NCBI GenBank assembly: GCA_008080735.1
Contig: SHMW01000080.1
Span: 1-19,537 of the forward strand
DNA length: 19,537 bases
Direction of reading: 5' to 3'
From: Promethearchaeota archaeon
GTDB taxonomy: Archaea > Asgardarchaeota > Lokiarchaeia > Sigyniarchaeales > SOKP01
Numbering within the stretch: the first letter of the stretch is position 1; each line of letters begins with the position of its first letter. Below, piece by piece: positions 9,623 to 18,629 of the stretch. Under the pieces are notes generated by a model. The model was not told the DNA's origin. It made no database searches and worked only from the letters and a program-made list of their open reading frames with translations. Made by a program: the position numbers and the translations under genes.

Positions 9623-10687
9623 TCATTTTAGCAATATATCCCAATCAAGCGCATCCTTTACTAAATCTAATACCAGTTCTATCTCATCTTCTTGAATTCC
9701 TGGTTTTATTTTCTCCATATTTCTGAGAGTAGTATATGTATCGGAAGGGCTTATAATAATGGGGACGTTTTTATTGTTCGCTGCCGTTATTACAGAAGTA
9801 TCCGGTTTCATGAATCCTGTCAAAATGAGGCATGATATATCCTCATTAAGAGCGGTGAGAGCTAAATCTGAACGATCCCCTCCTGTAATAAAAGCAACTT
9901 TTTTCACTTGTCTGAGATATCTTAGGGCTGCCTGTGGACCCATAGCACCAACCAGATATGTTTCTGAGCGATTCTCAAGAGATGAGGAAGCTGCCTCGTT
10001 AATAAGTGTTCCCCCAATTGCTTCCTTTATTTCTGATACTCTAGGGGCTAAAAGCTTTAAACTTTTTCCAATAATTCCAATAATTGGAATATCATATCTC
10101 CGGATATGTTCTTCTTGTAGCTCTTTAATACGTGCGAAATAATCATGATCAATCTTATTGAAAATTATCCCTTTAATATTAATATCTCGATAATCAAAAT
10201 ATCTTTTTGTGAAGAAAATATTATCAATACTTTTATCAGAAGATTCTGTCTCAATATAAACTAAATCATTAATATCTAATGCCTTAGCAATCGACACATC
10301 ATCCACACCAACTCGAATATATTTTTTGATGCTTTGAGCGCCCTCTATTATAATATAATCATACTGTTTTGCCTCTTCTTGATACGCATTTTTAATTCGA
10401 TCAATAAATTCTTCTTTTTTATCTGCGTTAATAAGATCAATATAGAAGCATTCGGGAATTGATATGGGAGAAAGTAAATCATAAGGAAGTTCAGTAATAT
10501 CTACACAGCTTTGCAAAAATCCAACATCCGTATCTGCTTTATTTGTGAATGTTGATTTGGGCGTCCCGATTGGTTTAAAATATCCAACTTTTTTTCCATC
10601 CCTTTTTAATTTTTGAATAATTCCAATAGAAAGAAGCGTTTTTCCTACTCTTTCGTTTAGAGATACTAAATATATTCCTTTTGCCAT
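9623..10687 (-). CDS. Phosphotransacetylase N-terminal-like protein (BioD-like P-loop + DRTGG domain), no catalytic PTA domain
   Basis: VGKT P-loop, VGYFKPIG, IIIEGA, VGAM, ITGGDRSD and LILTG. The protein ends at 354 aa, before any PTA_PTB domain. Confidence 0.88.
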   Translation of the reverse strand: MAKGIYLVSLNERVGKTLLSIGIIQKLKRDGKKVGYFKPIGTPKSTFTNKADTDVGFLQSCVDITELPYDLLSPISIPECFYIDLINADKKEEFIDRIKNAYQEEAKQYDYIIIEGAQSIKKYIRVGVDDVSIAKALDINDLVYIETESSDKSIDNIFFTKRYFDYRDINIKGIIFNKIDHDYFARIKELQEEHIRRYDIPIIGIIGKSLKLLAPRVSEIKEAIGGTLINEAASSSLENRSETYLVGAMGPQAALRYLRQVKKVAFITGGDRSDLALTALNEDISCLILTGFMKPDTSVITAANNKNVPIIISPSDTYTTLRNMEKIKPGIQEDEIELVLDLVKDALDWDILLK

Positions 10688-10747
10688 TCTAATCCTCTAT
10701 ATTTTTGTAATATTCTATTTTATTTAATTAATTTCTAACTTTATTTT

Positions 10748-12916
10748 TTATTCTCTACCGAGTGTAACTTTGATATCGACGGCGCTATAACCCTCAATAA
10801 AAGATAACAGCGGATTTATATCTACTTCTACAATTTGTGGAAAATCATTCACCAATTGGGCTAACCTTTGAAGCACTTCTATAACTGCATCGATATCAGA
10901 AGGTTGTTCACCTCTCACACCTTGCAATAATCGATATACTTTTGTTTTCTGGAGCATAGCTATCGCATCATCCTCAGTAAATTTATAAGATAAAGCAAAT
11001 GCTACATCTTCCAGGAAATTTGCATATATTCCACCTGATCCCACCATCACCATCGGACCAAATTGGGGATCTCTCGACATCCCTAAAATTAGTTCATTCA
11101 CTTTCTCTTTTTTGCTAAAATCAATCATCTCTTGAATTTCTACTCCATAGATCTTAGCATTCTGAGGCCCAAATTTCTTAGCTTTATTCACAATTTCAAT
11201 ATAGGCTTCAAAAGCATCTTCAGGTTTATTAATATTTTTGACAATCCCTCCAATATCAGATTTATGAGTAATCTGAGGACTTACGATTTTCATAATCGAA
11301 TTTCCAATTTTTGGTTGAATTTCCATTGCTTCTCGAGGAGTATGAGCTAATTTAGATTTGGGAGATTGAATTCCGTAACATTCAAACATCTCAGCCGTTT
11401 CCGTGCCTAATAATACAGTTCTCTCGTCTTTTCTAACTGCTTCAATTATTTCTTTTACTCTTTTCTTATTCACTTCAAATTCGGGAATTTCTAATTCTGA
11501 GAGGGGAGTTTCTTCTAAATATTTTCTTCTTTCTATCATCGTTTTTAAAGAGTGAGCCCCTCGGTCGGGAAACTGATAGCATGGAATATGGTTATCTTTT
11601 AAGTATTTTCTAGCCTCTGCTATCGATTTTTCACCGATAAATGCACACATAACGGTTTTATCCTTGAGATGTTTCGATGTGATTTGATGTATTAATTCTG
11701 CCACTTTTTTAGGTTTTGTTTGTGCTTGTGGAGTTAAAATAATTAAACAACCATGTGTGCTGATTTGGTTTGATTCGGTATCTTCGTTATTATTTTTATT
11801 ATTGATTCCAAATAGTGTTTTTAGAGTAAAAACATATCTTTCAGGAGTAGCATCTCCGACTATATCTACAGGATTGAATATAGCTGCTTCTTGGGGTAGG
11901 TTTTCTCTTAAAACATGTAAAATCTTTTCCGAAAACTCTGCTAATTTCAGATTCTCGCTTGAGAAAGCGTCAGTTGCGACTATTCCGGGACCCCCAGCGT
12001 TTGTTATGATTGCGAATGAATTTTCTTTTGGTATCGGTTGGTATAGAAATATCTCTCCGAAATCGAATAGATCCTCAATAGTTTTTGCCCGAATCACCCC
12101 ACATTTGCTGAACGCTAAATCATATGCCTTATCAGAACCCGCTAAAGCTCCTGTGTGGCTAGAGGCAGCTCGAGCTCCAGCCTCACTTTTCCCAGATTTC
12201 AATATGATAATTGGTTTTTTTTGTGCTGCTCTCGGAACAACTTCTAAAAACCTATCCCCATCTTTGATACTCTCTAGATAACATAGGACTACTTTCGCAT
12301 TCTCATCATCAGCTAAATATTCAATAAAATCAACAGCTCCTAAATCTGCCTTATTCCCAAGACTAATATTGCAATAAAATCCATAACTTTGTTCCATAGA
12401 ATAATCCATCATCCCTGTGAGCATAGCTCCAGACTGGGAAATCATTGCGATATTCCCTTTTTTAGGGGTATCAACGGCAAATGAACCGTTATAATAAGTC
12501 CCAATAAACCCCAGACAATTTGGTCCTAACACACGCATATTATAGTCTTTCGCTACTTGCTTCAGTTGTTCTTCTCTCTCTGCTCCTTCACCACCTATTT
12601 CTTTAAAACCTGCTGAAATAATGATTAATCCTTTTATCCCTTTCTTACCACATTCTTTAGCTACTTCAACAACATATTTACTAGGGATAACAAAAATGGC
12701 AATTTCAATTTCATCGGGAACGTCTAACACACTCTGGTAAGCTTTTAAATCTAAAATTGTTTTATGTCCCGGATTGATTGGATACAATTCTCCCTTATAC
12801 CCGGAATTAATAATGTTTTTAAGAACTGTATTACCCACCTTTCCTTCGGTATCACTTGCGCCAATGATAGCTATGCTTTTTGGATTGAAGAAGTAAGAAA
12901 TGTCAGATTGAGGCAT
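10748..12916 (-). CDS. acdAB: Acetate/acyl-CoA ligase (ADP-forming), alpha-beta fusion
   Basis: CoA-binding FFNPKSIAIIGAS, GPNCLG, SQSGA, phospho-His in SSHTGALAG, TNAGGPG, NPVD. The ATP-grasp beta part has KIVSPQITHKSDIGG, DPQFGP and DINPL. No GNAT domain. Confidence 0.92.
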   Translation of the reverse strand: MPQSDISYFFNPKSIAIIGASDTEGKVGNTVLKNIINSGYKGELYPINPGHKTILDLKAYQSVLDVPDEIEIAIFVIPSKYVVEVAKECGKKGIKGLIIISAGFKEIGGEGAEREEQLKQVAKDYNMRVLGPNCLGFIGTYYNGSFAVDTPKKGNIAMISQSGAMLTGMMDYSMEQSYGFYCNISLGNKADLGAVDFIEYLADDENAKVVLCYLESIKDGDRFLEVVPRAAQKKPIIILKSGKSEAGARAASSHTGALAGSDKAYDLAFSKCGVIRAKTIEDLFDFGEIFLYQPIPKENSFAIITNAGGPGIVATDAFSSENLKLAEFSEKILHVLRENLPQEAAIFNPVDIVGDATPERYVFTLKTLFGINNKNNNEDTESNQISTHGCLIILTPQAQTKPKKVAELIHQITSKHLKDKTVMCAFIGEKSIAEARKYLKDNHIPCYQFPDRGAHSLKTMIERRKYLEETPLSELEIPEFEVNKKRVKEIIEAVRKDERTVLLGTETAEMFECYGIQSPKSKLAHTPREAMEIQPKIGNSIMKIVSPQITHKSDIGGIVKNINKPEDAFEAYIEIVNKAKKFGPQNAKIYGVEIQEMIDFSKKEKVNELILGMSRDPQFGPMVMVGSGGIYANFLEDVAFALSYKFTEDDAIAMLQKTKVYRLLQGVRGEQPSDIDAVIEVLQRLAQLVNDFPQIVEVDINPLLSFIEGYSAVDIKVTLGRE

Positions 12917-13090
12917 GATGGTTGAATTTATTGAATATTGAGTTTATACTTGGAACTTATTTTTAAGATTTAGTAAATTTTCATTTTATAAAAATCTTCA
13001 AATTGTAAATTATTAGATAATAATTTGAGGGTTTTGGTTTTATATGTTTATTATATTCGAGCATTCATGAATTAAGTTAAACCTTAATTC

Positions 13091-13098
13091 TTTTATAA
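13091..13098 (+). promoter_or_regulatory. Putative archaeal TATA box (TTTTATAA), consistent with a leaderless cyclophilin transcript
   Basis: Ends 21 nt before ATG 13120, with no SD in between. Confidence 0.4.
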
Positions 13099-13119
13099 GC
13101 CAAATCTTTATCTAATAAC

Positions 13120-13596
13120 ATGACTGAAATTAAAATCGTAACTGAAAAAGGTGATATAAATATACAACTATTCGATGATAATGCACCTAAAACCATCGCG
13201 AGTTTTCTGTATCTTGCGAACCAAGGCTTTTACGATGGAATCACTTTTCATCGAGTAATTGATGAATTTATGATTCAAGGAGGAGATCCCACTGGTACAG
13301 GAAGAGGCGGACCAAGCAGTAAGGGAATTGAATCTTTTCCATATCAAGGAGAACAAATATCTTATCCTTTTGAAGACGAGTTTCAGAGTGGAAAAGAATT
13401 TGATAAACCGGGAATTTTGGCAATGGCAAATGCAGGCCCTAATACAAATGGCAGCCAGTTTTTCATTACTCATGTCCCAACTCCATGGCTTAATGACAAA
13501 CATACTATATTTGGAGAAATAAAAAGTCAAAAAGACCAAGAAATCGTAGATTCTATCGAACAAGGAGACAAAATCAAAGAAATCCAAATTTTATAA
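13120..13596 (+). CDS. ppiA: Cyclophilin-type peptidyl-prolyl cis-trans isomerase
   Basis: [46 protein letters not shown] and [11 protein letters not shown]. Confidence 0.96.
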   Translation: MTEIKIVTEKGDINIQLFDDNAPKTIASFLYLANQGFYDGITFHRVIDEFMIQGGDPTGTGRGGPSSKGIESFPYQGEQISYPFEDEFQSGKEFDKPGILAMANAGPNTNGSQFFITHVPTPWLNDKHTIFGEIKSQKDQEIVDSIEQGDKIKEIQIL

Positions 13597-13728
13597 ACTT
13601 AGCTCAATTTTTTATTTTCTGTTATTTTTCAGTTTAAGCTATAGTAAATTGTGAACATTTTTTAAATCTAAATTTTATTAAATCATAGACATCTTAAATT
13701 AAAACTGATTAGAGTACGTGAAGAGAAT

Positions 13729-14955
13729 ATGAATGATAACATCAAAGATTTGATAGATGAGGTGGAGAAGGAGAATTCAACACAAGCTCAACTGGAACAA
13801 ACGATACAATTTCTAAAAGAAGAAATCAAACGATTAAAATTTACAATTAGGGAACAAAAAGCAATTATTGAAGACCAAGCGAAAAATAAATTGAAAGAAG
13901 AATCGATCCCAGAAGATGTGAAAGTTTTAAAAGAGTTGATCCAAAAACAAAGAGAGCAAATTGAGAGTAAAGAACTCCAATTAGAAAAGGTAGAGGACGA
14001 ATTATTTGAATACCAAGAAAAATTTATATATAAAAACGAGGAAATAGATGATCTAAATGAACGTATTTCAAATTTAAACTCTGAACTAGAAGATCTTAGT
14101 ATAGAATTATCAAATAAGGTACAAAAAGAAAAATATCAAAACGCTCAGAAAATCATTGAAGAGTTAACCGAAGCTAATTCGAAATATTCCACAGAGATTG
14201 ACGCTTTAAATTCGAAAATCTTGAAGCTAGAAGAAAATGATCTTAATAGAGATATCTCGAATCAATTAAATGAAGCCAATAGTAGGATTAAGCAATTAGA
14301 AAATCGAAATGATAATTTGAATGCGCAAATTGATTATTTACAAAATGAATTAGATAGAATTACTTCGGAACCTAAACCTCAATTTCATACGGAAACTTTA
14401 TTTCCTGATAAAATTCAATCATATAAAGAGAAATTAGAATATTTAGAAGAAGAATTGGAAAGTTCAAGAACAAATTTGAAAAAAATGGAACAAATAAATA
14501 AATCCTTAAAGCAAGAAAACAATTCCCTTAGCAAAAAATTAACAGAAGAGGCGAAAGGGAAAAGCCACATGACTAATATGAATCATCGGGAAAGCCTATC
14601 TTATACTTCTTCAGATTTTTATTCCCAGATGCATTTGATAGAGCGAATGTTTAACTTAATGGAGGAAGAAAAGAAAGAATATTTTGTTAGCACTTTAATA
14701 GAGGATTTAACTCACTCCGATCCAGAAATTCGTATAATTACAATTAAGATCCTCGCAAATATATATGCTGAGCCAGTTTTGGAAGCATTAAAAGCGCTTG
14801 TTGATGATCCAAATTGGATTGTAAGATATCAGGTAGTGAATGCCTTGACTCAATTTGAAAAGTCAGAAACCGTTAAAGAAGTGATGCTTAAATTTCTTGA
14901 AGATAAGGATGTGGATGTGAGAGAACTAGCTTTTTCTTATTTAAAAAATTGTTGA
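13729..14955 (+). CDS. Long coiled-coil protein with C-terminal HEAT repeats
   Basis: About 275 aa of E/K/L/Q/N heptad-like sequence, then LTHSDPEIRIITIKIL, LVDDPNWIVRYQVVNAL and LEDKDVDVRELAFSYL (three HEAT-like repeats). Confidence 0.85.
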   Translation: MNDNIKDLIDEVEKENSTQAQLEQTIQFLKEEIKRLKFTIREQKAIIEDQAKNKLKEESIPEDVKVLKELIQKQREQIESKELQLEKVEDELFEYQEKFIYKNEEIDDLNERISNLNSELEDLSIELSNKVQKEKYQNAQKIIEELTEANSKYSTEIDALNSKILKLEENDLNRDISNQLNEANSRIKQLENRNDNLNAQIDYLQNELDRITSEPKPQFHTETLFPDKIQSYKEKLEYLEEELESSRTNLKKMEQINKSLKQENNSLSKKLTEEAKGKSHMTNMNHRESLSYTSSDFYSQMHLIERMFNLMEEEKKEYFVSTLIEDLTHSDPEIRIITIKILANIYAEPVLEALKALVDDPNWIVRYQVVNALTQFEKSETVKEVMLKFLEDKDVDVRELAFSYLKNC

Positions 14956-15051
14956 GATATATCCAACAAAAAATATAAATAGAACTTATCTATTTAATGA
15001 AACAAGATGGTAAAATTTTTTATAACTAAACTTATTTAAAAAGTAAAAAAA

Positions 15052-15321
15052 ATGCCAGAATATCCGATTGGGAGGTGGAATTGGTCAGATGAGCTGGGAA
15101 AATGGATATATCCAGAGAAGGATCAGAATGGAAATATTAAATATACTTATCAAGTCGACCCTCCAGAAGAGTTTCTAATTCTCACTGAAAAATTGGAAGA
15201 AATCAACCAGAAATTAATGAAAACTCAAGATCCGCAAGAGAAAATGACATTATTTGAAGAATTAATGAAGATATCAAAAGAAATGAATAGTATGAGAAAA
15301 CCTAATGAGACCGAGTGTTGA
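15052..15321 (+). CDS. Hypothetical protein, 89 aa (aromatic beta-hairpin N-terminus + helical hairpin)
   Basis: ATG start with TTTATAA at 15019-15025 upstream, and protein-like composition. Confidence 0.75.
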   Translation: MPEYPIGRWNWSDELGKWIYPEKDQNGNIKYTYQVDPPEEFLILTEKLEEINQKLMKTQDPQEKMTLFEELMKISKEMNSMRKPNETEC

Positions 15322-15534
15322 TATTTCTTATTTTATAATTGCATCATATTCTTTCTTCTTTTTATAAAGTACATCTCTGATAAATCTAATAATTCCTCTA
15401 TTATAGTATATAAATTAATTTAAAAATTTCAAATGAAAATATAACAGATTTTCTCAAAGATTATTAAATTCAAACAAAAAGGTTTAATATCTTTAGAACG
15501 CTATTCCAACTAAAAATGAATTAGGAGATTGAAA

Positions 15535-16338
15535 ATGAAAATCGCAGTTTCGGGAAAAGGAGGCGTAGGAAAGACGCTTATAGCGGGTACACTTGCAAGA
15601 TTATTTGCAAGTGATAAATATAATGTATTGGCAATCGATAATGATTCTGCTATGAATTTAAGCTATACTCTAGGAATTGATCCCGAAGTTAAAAAGAATA
15701 TTATTCCTATTTCAGAAATGAAGGAATTAGTGAAAGAGCGAACTGAAGTCAAAGGGGGCGGACCAGGAATTTATAATATTAATCCAAGGGTGGCTGATAT
15801 TCCAGATAAATATAAAGTTTCGGGTCCAGATGGATTAGAGCTTCTGGTTCTAGGTGGGATAGAGGAGCCTGCTACAGGATGCTTATGTCCGGAAAATGCG
15901 TTAATTCGGACGCTTCTTCATAATTTATTTGTAAAAAGAGATGAGGTTATTATCGTCGATTTTGAAGCGGGATTAGAACATTTAGGACGAGGTACCGCTA
16001 AAGGAATTGATGTAATGCTAGTTATAACAGAGCCATCTCAAAAATCGCTAGATTTAAGTAAAAAAATTATCGAGCTTTCCAAAAAATTGGGGATTATTAA
16101 CATTTACTTAGTCGCCAACAAAATAATTGATGAATCACAATTAGAGATTATAGATGGACGAATCGATGAGTGGGATGTGCCTCTTTATCATTCAGTTCCC
16201 TATGATACTGAAATTGGAAAAGCAGATCTTAACGGGGAGCCCCCTCTCGAATACAATCCGGAGTCTGCTGCTCTAAAAAGTATTAAAACACTCTACGGGA
16301 AATTGAAAAAGCTAAAAGAAGAAGTGTTTGATTTATAG
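15535..16338 (+). CDS. cooC: CooC/AcsF-family nickel-insertion ATPase (CODH/ACS maturation)
   Basis: MKIAVSGKGGVGKT deviant Walker A, GCLCP Ni-binding CxC, DFEAGLEHLGRG. GGAG at 15524-15527 favours ATG 15535 over TTG 15529. Confidence 0.92.
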   Translation: MKIAVSGKGGVGKTLIAGTLARLFASDKYNVLAIDNDSAMNLSYTLGIDPEVKKNIIPISEMKELVKERTEVKGGGPGIYNINPRVADIPDKYKVSGPDGLELLVLGGIEEPATGCLCPENALIRTLLHNLFVKRDEVIIVDFEAGLEHLGRGTAKGIDVMLVITEPSQKSLDLSKKIIELSKKLGIINIYLVANKIIDESQLEIIDGRIDEWDVPLYHSVPYDTEIGKADLNGEPPLEYNPESAALKSIKTLYGKLKKLKEEVFDL

Positions 16339-16581
16339 CATATCAGATAGTTCTAGATCTTGATCATCGGCAATTTCTTCCCATTGATTGATTGCCTCCA
16401 TTGCTTGTTCCTCGTCCATAATTTCAATGGCATAGCCAGCATGGACAATCACATATTTTCCTATTTCTGCTCCCTGGATTAAGGCAATTATGATATCTTG
16501 TTTAATCCCATCAAAATCTACTTTCGCAGTATTTCCATCTGAAGAAATATCTATAATTTTGCCAGGAATTGCTAAACACAT
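16333..16581 (-). CDS. hypC: Hydrogenase maturation chaperone HypC
   Basis: MCLAIPG N-terminus (Cys2) and GKYVIVHAGYAI. Confidence 0.96.
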   Translation of the reverse strand: MCLAIPGKIIDISSDGNTAKVDFDGIKQDIIIALIQGAEIGKYVIVHAGYAIEIMDEEQAMEAINQWEEIADDQDLELSDML

Positions 16582-16680
16582 GGTAATCTAGATAATTTCT
16601 TCCTAAAAATAAAACTATTGATTATATTCTTGAAAACTAAGATTTTTAAATCATAATCAGAAATATTCTTGATATTAATC

Positions 16681-17487
16681 TTAAACAGGTTTTTGGTGTA
16701 GTTGAGATGAGTAATAATCGATTATATCATTTAACCAACTAATAATTTTGCTTCTTGGCAATGTATCGATGTTATTTCTGAGTCGTCTTAGTTCTTTAAT
16801 TATAGTTATCTGGTCTTCGGTGGAGTCCTCTTCAGAGATTTCAAAAAGATATTCATTGGTTATGCTAATCACTTTTTTCATATCTAATATTTTTAATTTG
16901 AATTCAGGCGTCTCTTCTCTCTCGAGTTCTGCAAGTAAATTAATAAAATTAAGGAGCATGGAGCGTTCATTAGGTTTAAACCAAGTTTCTAAATGAAAAC
17001 TAGTCATTGGAAATTCAAATTTAGGATATATTTCTTGATAGGCATTATTAACTTTGATAATAGATTTAATATTTTTAAATAAGAAAGATGGACACCAAGC
17101 AAATAACTGGCGAATAACGTTAAAATGTTCTAATTCAACTACAAAATTAAAACTATTTTCTACCCTGAGATAACCAAACGGTAAGAAACTCATATTAAAT
17201 TCATCATTCAAACTGTAAGATTTGTTGGGAAGTGTGATCTGTATTTGATGATCCTCCCCAAGAGGATTTATCAATGCATCAAGAATGAGTGTATCGGTTA
17301 ATGGGTAAATACAAAGAAGTAAACCATCAAATCCGTTAGTAAATATCTTTAACAAAAAGGATTTTGGCTCTATATTGTAGTGCTGAACAGAATTTAGTTT
17401 AAAACTCAAATTTAAGAGTAGATGTGAATAATTTTCTAAATTCGGAATCATCCATGGCAACGAACTTGTCGGATCTCTTCTCGACAT
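16681..17487 (-). CDS. Hypothetical protein, 268 aa
   Basis: Long ATG-started ORF in AT-rich DNA with an alpha/beta-like N-terminus and helical C-terminus. No motif recognised. Confidence 0.75.
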   Translation of the reverse strand: MSRRDPTSSLPWMIPNLENYSHLLLNLSFKLNSVQHYNIEPKSFLLKIFTNGFDGLLLCIYPLTDTLILDALINPLGEDHQIQITLPNKSYSLNDEFNMSFLPFGYLRVENSFNFVVELEHFNVIRQLFAWCPSFLFKNIKSIIKVNNAYQEIYPKFEFPMTSFHLETWFKPNERSMLLNFINLLAELEREETPEFKLKILDMKKVISITNEYLFEISEEDSTEDQITIIKELRRLRNNIDTLPRSKIISWLNDIIDYYSSQLHQKPV

Positions 17488-17697
17488 ATCTATATTGTAC
17501 TAACTAAAATACCCTCTTATCACATTGGAATATCTTATTTTACAATCAAATATCAACATATAAATTGATAATTTTTTATTTATACTTTATTCTTTTAAGT
17601 TTTGTAGAAATTTTTAATAACTTGGAAATCATCATAGGACTATCATAGAGATTTCCCAATTAAATAATTACCAGTTAGCAGACTACAAAAGATAAGC

Positions 17698-17715
17698 AAA
17701 AAATAAAAAGAAAAA
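17698..17715 (-). terminator. Oligo-T tract downstream of hdrB, putative archaeal terminator
   Basis: Minus strand reads TTTTTCTTTTTATTTTTT about 40 nt after the hdrB stop. Confidence 0.4.
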
Positions 17716-17752
17716 TGAAATTTAAGATATTTTTTAATCCCAAACCTAGATC

Positions 17753-18625
17753 TTACATATTCCTTAGTTGAGATCGACCTGCTCTATGATATTTCAATCC
17801 GAGATCATCTGGATTTGCTCCCATAGCTAATGCATACAACTCTGTTAAGTACAATACGGGAATATCATATTTTTGATCAAACTCTTTGGAAAGATCTCGC
17901 TGGTTTGTATCAAACTGTTGGAAGCAAGCAGGACAATTGACAATGATTACATCTGCTCCGGCCTTAACTATACTGTCGAATTTACGTTTTAGATTCTGCA
18001 TTCCAACTTCTTCATAGGCATTAGATACAGCAGAGCCACAACATAACGCTTCTTCTTCATAATCCACGACAGTTGCTCCAGAGGCAGCAGTCAATTCCTT
18101 CAGAGTTTTAGGTCTCATAGGATCATCATCCGTTTCCATCCATTCATGGGGTCTCATATAGTGGCATCCTGGATGACATGCTACTTTTAAATCGCTTAAA
18201 GACTTGGTGATAGCTGATTTGATCTTATCTATACCAACATCTTTATGCAATACATCTACAAAATGTCGCACATCAATCGATCCTTTATACTCTTTTCCGA
18301 TCTTTGAAAGTTCTTCGTTTATTTGTCCTTTTTTAATGCTATCATGGGCAAGTTTATGCTTCACCCCTCGAAGTGTATTGGTGCATCCATTACATAAAGA
18401 GATAATATCCTTACTCTCCTCTTCTGCAAGGCACAGATTTCTTGCACCAATAGCCAGCCAACCATCATCGTCGAAACTTTTAAAGCCAGTTGGATCTGGA
18501 CAACATGTAAAAGGTGCTTCTGAGGTCGCAATGCCTAATTTGTCAAATACATATCTTGTGGATGCTTCTATGAACGGAATTCTGTTGCCAATTGTACAAC
18601 CCTCAAACATTTTATATTCTGTCAT
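17753..18625 (-). CDS. hdrB: Heterodisulfide reductase subunit B
   Basis: Two CCG domains: GC..TCCPDP..LCNGC and HPGCH..LCCGS..NCPAC. Start set at ATG 18625, preceded by GGTGA, which contains the track's GTG at 18637. Confidence 0.93.
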   Translation of the reverse strand: MTEYKMFEGCTIGNRIPFIEASTRYVFDKLGIATSEAPFTCCPDPTGFKSFDDDGWLAIGARNLCLAEEESKDIISLCNGCTNTLRGVKHKLAHDSIKKGQINEELSKIGKEYKGSIDVRHFVDVLHKDVGIDKIKSAITKSLSDLKVACHPGCHYMRPHEWMETDDDPMRPKTLKELTAASGATVVDYEEEALCCGSAVSNAYEEVGMQNLKRKFDSIVKAGADVIIVNCPACFQQFDTNQRDLSKEFDQKYDIPVLYLTELYALAMGANPDDLGLKYHRAGRSQLRNM

Positions 18626-18629
18626 TTGA

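Noticed and set aside
10748-12916. Protein lysine acetyltransferase (Pat/Pka) call
   Set aside because: No GNAT domain, and the catalytic His in SHTG is retained.
8168-13587. ORFs 8168-8470, 8843-9094, 9759-10142, 11132-11350, 11757-12281, 13168-13587 and 13328-13522
   Set aside because: Antisense or alternate-frame shadows inside recognisable genes.
17629-17635. Box C motif (AUGAUGA, minus strand) suggesting a C/D sRNA
   Set aside because: No box D (CUGA) at a suitable distance downstream.
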